A stretch of 64,000 bases of DNA from Opitutales bacterium (GTDB taxonomy: Bacteria > Verrucomicrobiota > Verrucomicrobiia > Opitutales > Coraliomargaritaceae): positions 9,478-73,477 of the forward strand of contig JBMZAN010000006.1 of NCBI GenBank assembly GCA_049611425.1, given 5' to 3'. Of the stretch, positions 62,622 through 64,000 are shown piece after piece (within the stretch, counting starts at the first letter, position 1; each line of letters opens with the position of its first letter). Under the pieces are notes generated by a model. It had not been told where the DNA came from, ran no database searches, and was given only the letters and a program-made list of their open reading frames with translations. The position numbers and the translations under genes are program-made.

Positions 62622-64000
62622 TTATGAGGCCTCCGGCGCGGCGTCCGGCTTGCGCTCCGGCCGCGGAAAGAGGATCGTCTTCTCGCCAAGTGCTTTGCCC
62701 TCCAGACTGTTGCCCCACTCGAGCTGACCCTCCAAACGATCAAAGTCCTCCGCACCGATCAGACCACGCACCCTGGCCGCAATATCCGGCATGACCGGCG
62801 TGAGCAGGACCACAGCGAGACGCAGGGCTTCAGCCATCGTCGCCAGCGAAGTATTGAGCGCTGCCCGATCCTTCGGGTCTTCGGACTTGGCCAATTTCCA
62901 GGGGGCACGGGTTTCAGCGTATTTATTGATACCTGAGATGAAGGTGAAGATACGATCGAGCGCCTTGTGAAACTGGAAGCCTTCGAAGAGCGGGATCAAC
63001 TCCCCGGCCGTGTGCGACCAGAGTTGCTGCAGCTCCTGCTCGGGCGCCTCCTGAATGGAGGCCGCAGGCACCTTACCCTCTGTGTAGCGGCCACCCATAT
63101 TCAGCAGGCGGCTGACGAGGTTGCCCAAGTCATTGGCAAGATCGCTGTTGTAGCGGCTGAGAAAGAGCTCGAGTGAGAAGTCGCTGTCCTGACCCACGTT
63201 CATTTCACGGGTGACGAAATAGCGGAAGGCATCCGCACCGAACTGATCAATCAAATCGAGCGGGTTGACGACATCGCCCGTGCTCTTCGACATTTTCGCA
63301 CCGGAGCTCAACCACCAGCCGTGCACGAGGTAGTGCTTCGGCAGGGGGAGATCGAGCGCCTTCAGCATGACGGGCCAATAGACCGCGTGTGGCGGCACAA
63401 GGATGTCCTTGCCAATGACATGGTAATCCACCGGCCAGTGTTGATCGAACTCGTCCGTTCCGTAGCCCGCAGCGGTGATATAGTTGGTCAGCGCATCGAA
63501 CCAGACATAGGTCACGAAGTCGCTGTCGAAGGGCAGCTCGATGCCCCACTCCAAGCGTTCCTTCGGACGGGAAATACAGAGATCGTTGAGCGGTTCCTTG
63601 AGGAATTGCAGAATATCTGCGCTGCGGAAGCGCGGGTAGATCAGGTCTTCATTGCTTTGAATGAAATCAACCAGCCAGTCCTGATACTGTGCGAGCTTGA
63701 AGAAATAGTTGGTCTCCGTCACTTCAATGACCTCCCCGTAGAGCTCCGGCCAGGCACCATCGACCTTTTCCTTTTCGGTCACGAACTGCTCCTGACGCAC
63801 GCTATAGTAGCCGTTATAGTCGGCCTTGTAGATCTCGCCCTTGTCGTAGAGCTTCTGAAGGATTTCCTGCACGACCTGCTTGTGGCGCGCCTCCGTCGTA
63901 CGGATGTAGTCGTCGTTGGAAATTTCGAGGCGCCGGCAGAGTCCTTGAAACTCACGGGCCAGGCGGTCGCAAATTTCGATGGGCGGCACGCCGGCCTTTT
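62622..64000 (-). CDS. metG: Methionine--tRNA ligase (5' part outside window)
   Basis: YIRTTE, DLCISRP, YVWFDALTNY, IGKDI, HGWW, KMSKS, LANDLGNL. Confidence 0.95.
   Translation of the reverse strand, partial: KAGVPPIEICDRLAREFQGLCRRLEISNDDYIRTTEARHKQVVQEILQKLYDKGEIYKADYNGYYSVRQEQFVTEKEKVDGAWPELYGEVIEVTETNYFFKLAQYQDWLVDFIQSNEDLIYPRFRSADILQFLKEPLNDLCISRPKERLEWGIELPFDSDFVTYVWFDALTNYITAAGYGTDEFDQHWPVDYHVIGKDILVPPHAVYWPVMLKALDLPLPKHYLVHGWWLSSGAKMSKSTGDVVNPLDLIDQFGADAFRYFVTREMNVGQDSDFSLELFLSRYNSDLANDLGNLVSRLLNMGGRYTEGKVPAASIQEAPEQELQQLWSHTAGELIPLFEGFQFHKALDRIFTFISGINKYAETRAPWKLAKSEDPKDRAALNTSLATMAEALRLAVVLLTPVMPDIAARVRGLIGAEDFDRLEGQLEWGNSLEGKALGEKTILFPRPERKPDAAPEAS

Overview
Gene-dense, GC-rich chromosomal core region. 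Gene content and motifs suggest a Verrucomicrobiota (Opitutia/Puniceicoccales, Coraliomargarita-like) bacterium; this taxonomy is inferred. No CRISPR array, prophage, IS element, rRNA or tRNA was seen. Housekeeping genes include xerD, argA, rplU-rpmA, dnaA, hprK, lptB, aspS, priA, lolCE/lolD, rlmH, cls, oppABC, udg, lpxA, mcsA-mcsB-clpC, ilvE, acs, hisF, menD, pxpBCA, hflX, a surA-like gene, ispA, tolB, mrp and partial metG. The most notable observations are: (1) a split (mannosyl)glucosylglycerate compatible-solute system whose operon carries an M20-family protein lacking its catalytic EE motif, with a candidate sigma54 promoter on the second arm; (2) a single-chain LptC-(LptA)x3 LPS-bridge protein; (3) a 130-bp duplicated cassette of GTAG-type REP hairpins next to an AT-rich, DnaA-box-bearing region upstream of a dnaA that lacks an adjacent dnaN; (4) mcsAB-clpC without ctsR but with a sigma54-like palindrome; (5) a signal-peptide Ni-SOD followed by a structured intergenic region; (6) a Fur lacking its histidine cluster; (7) an unannotated 49-aa basic ORF. 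All product calls come from motif recognition by eye; no database searches were run.
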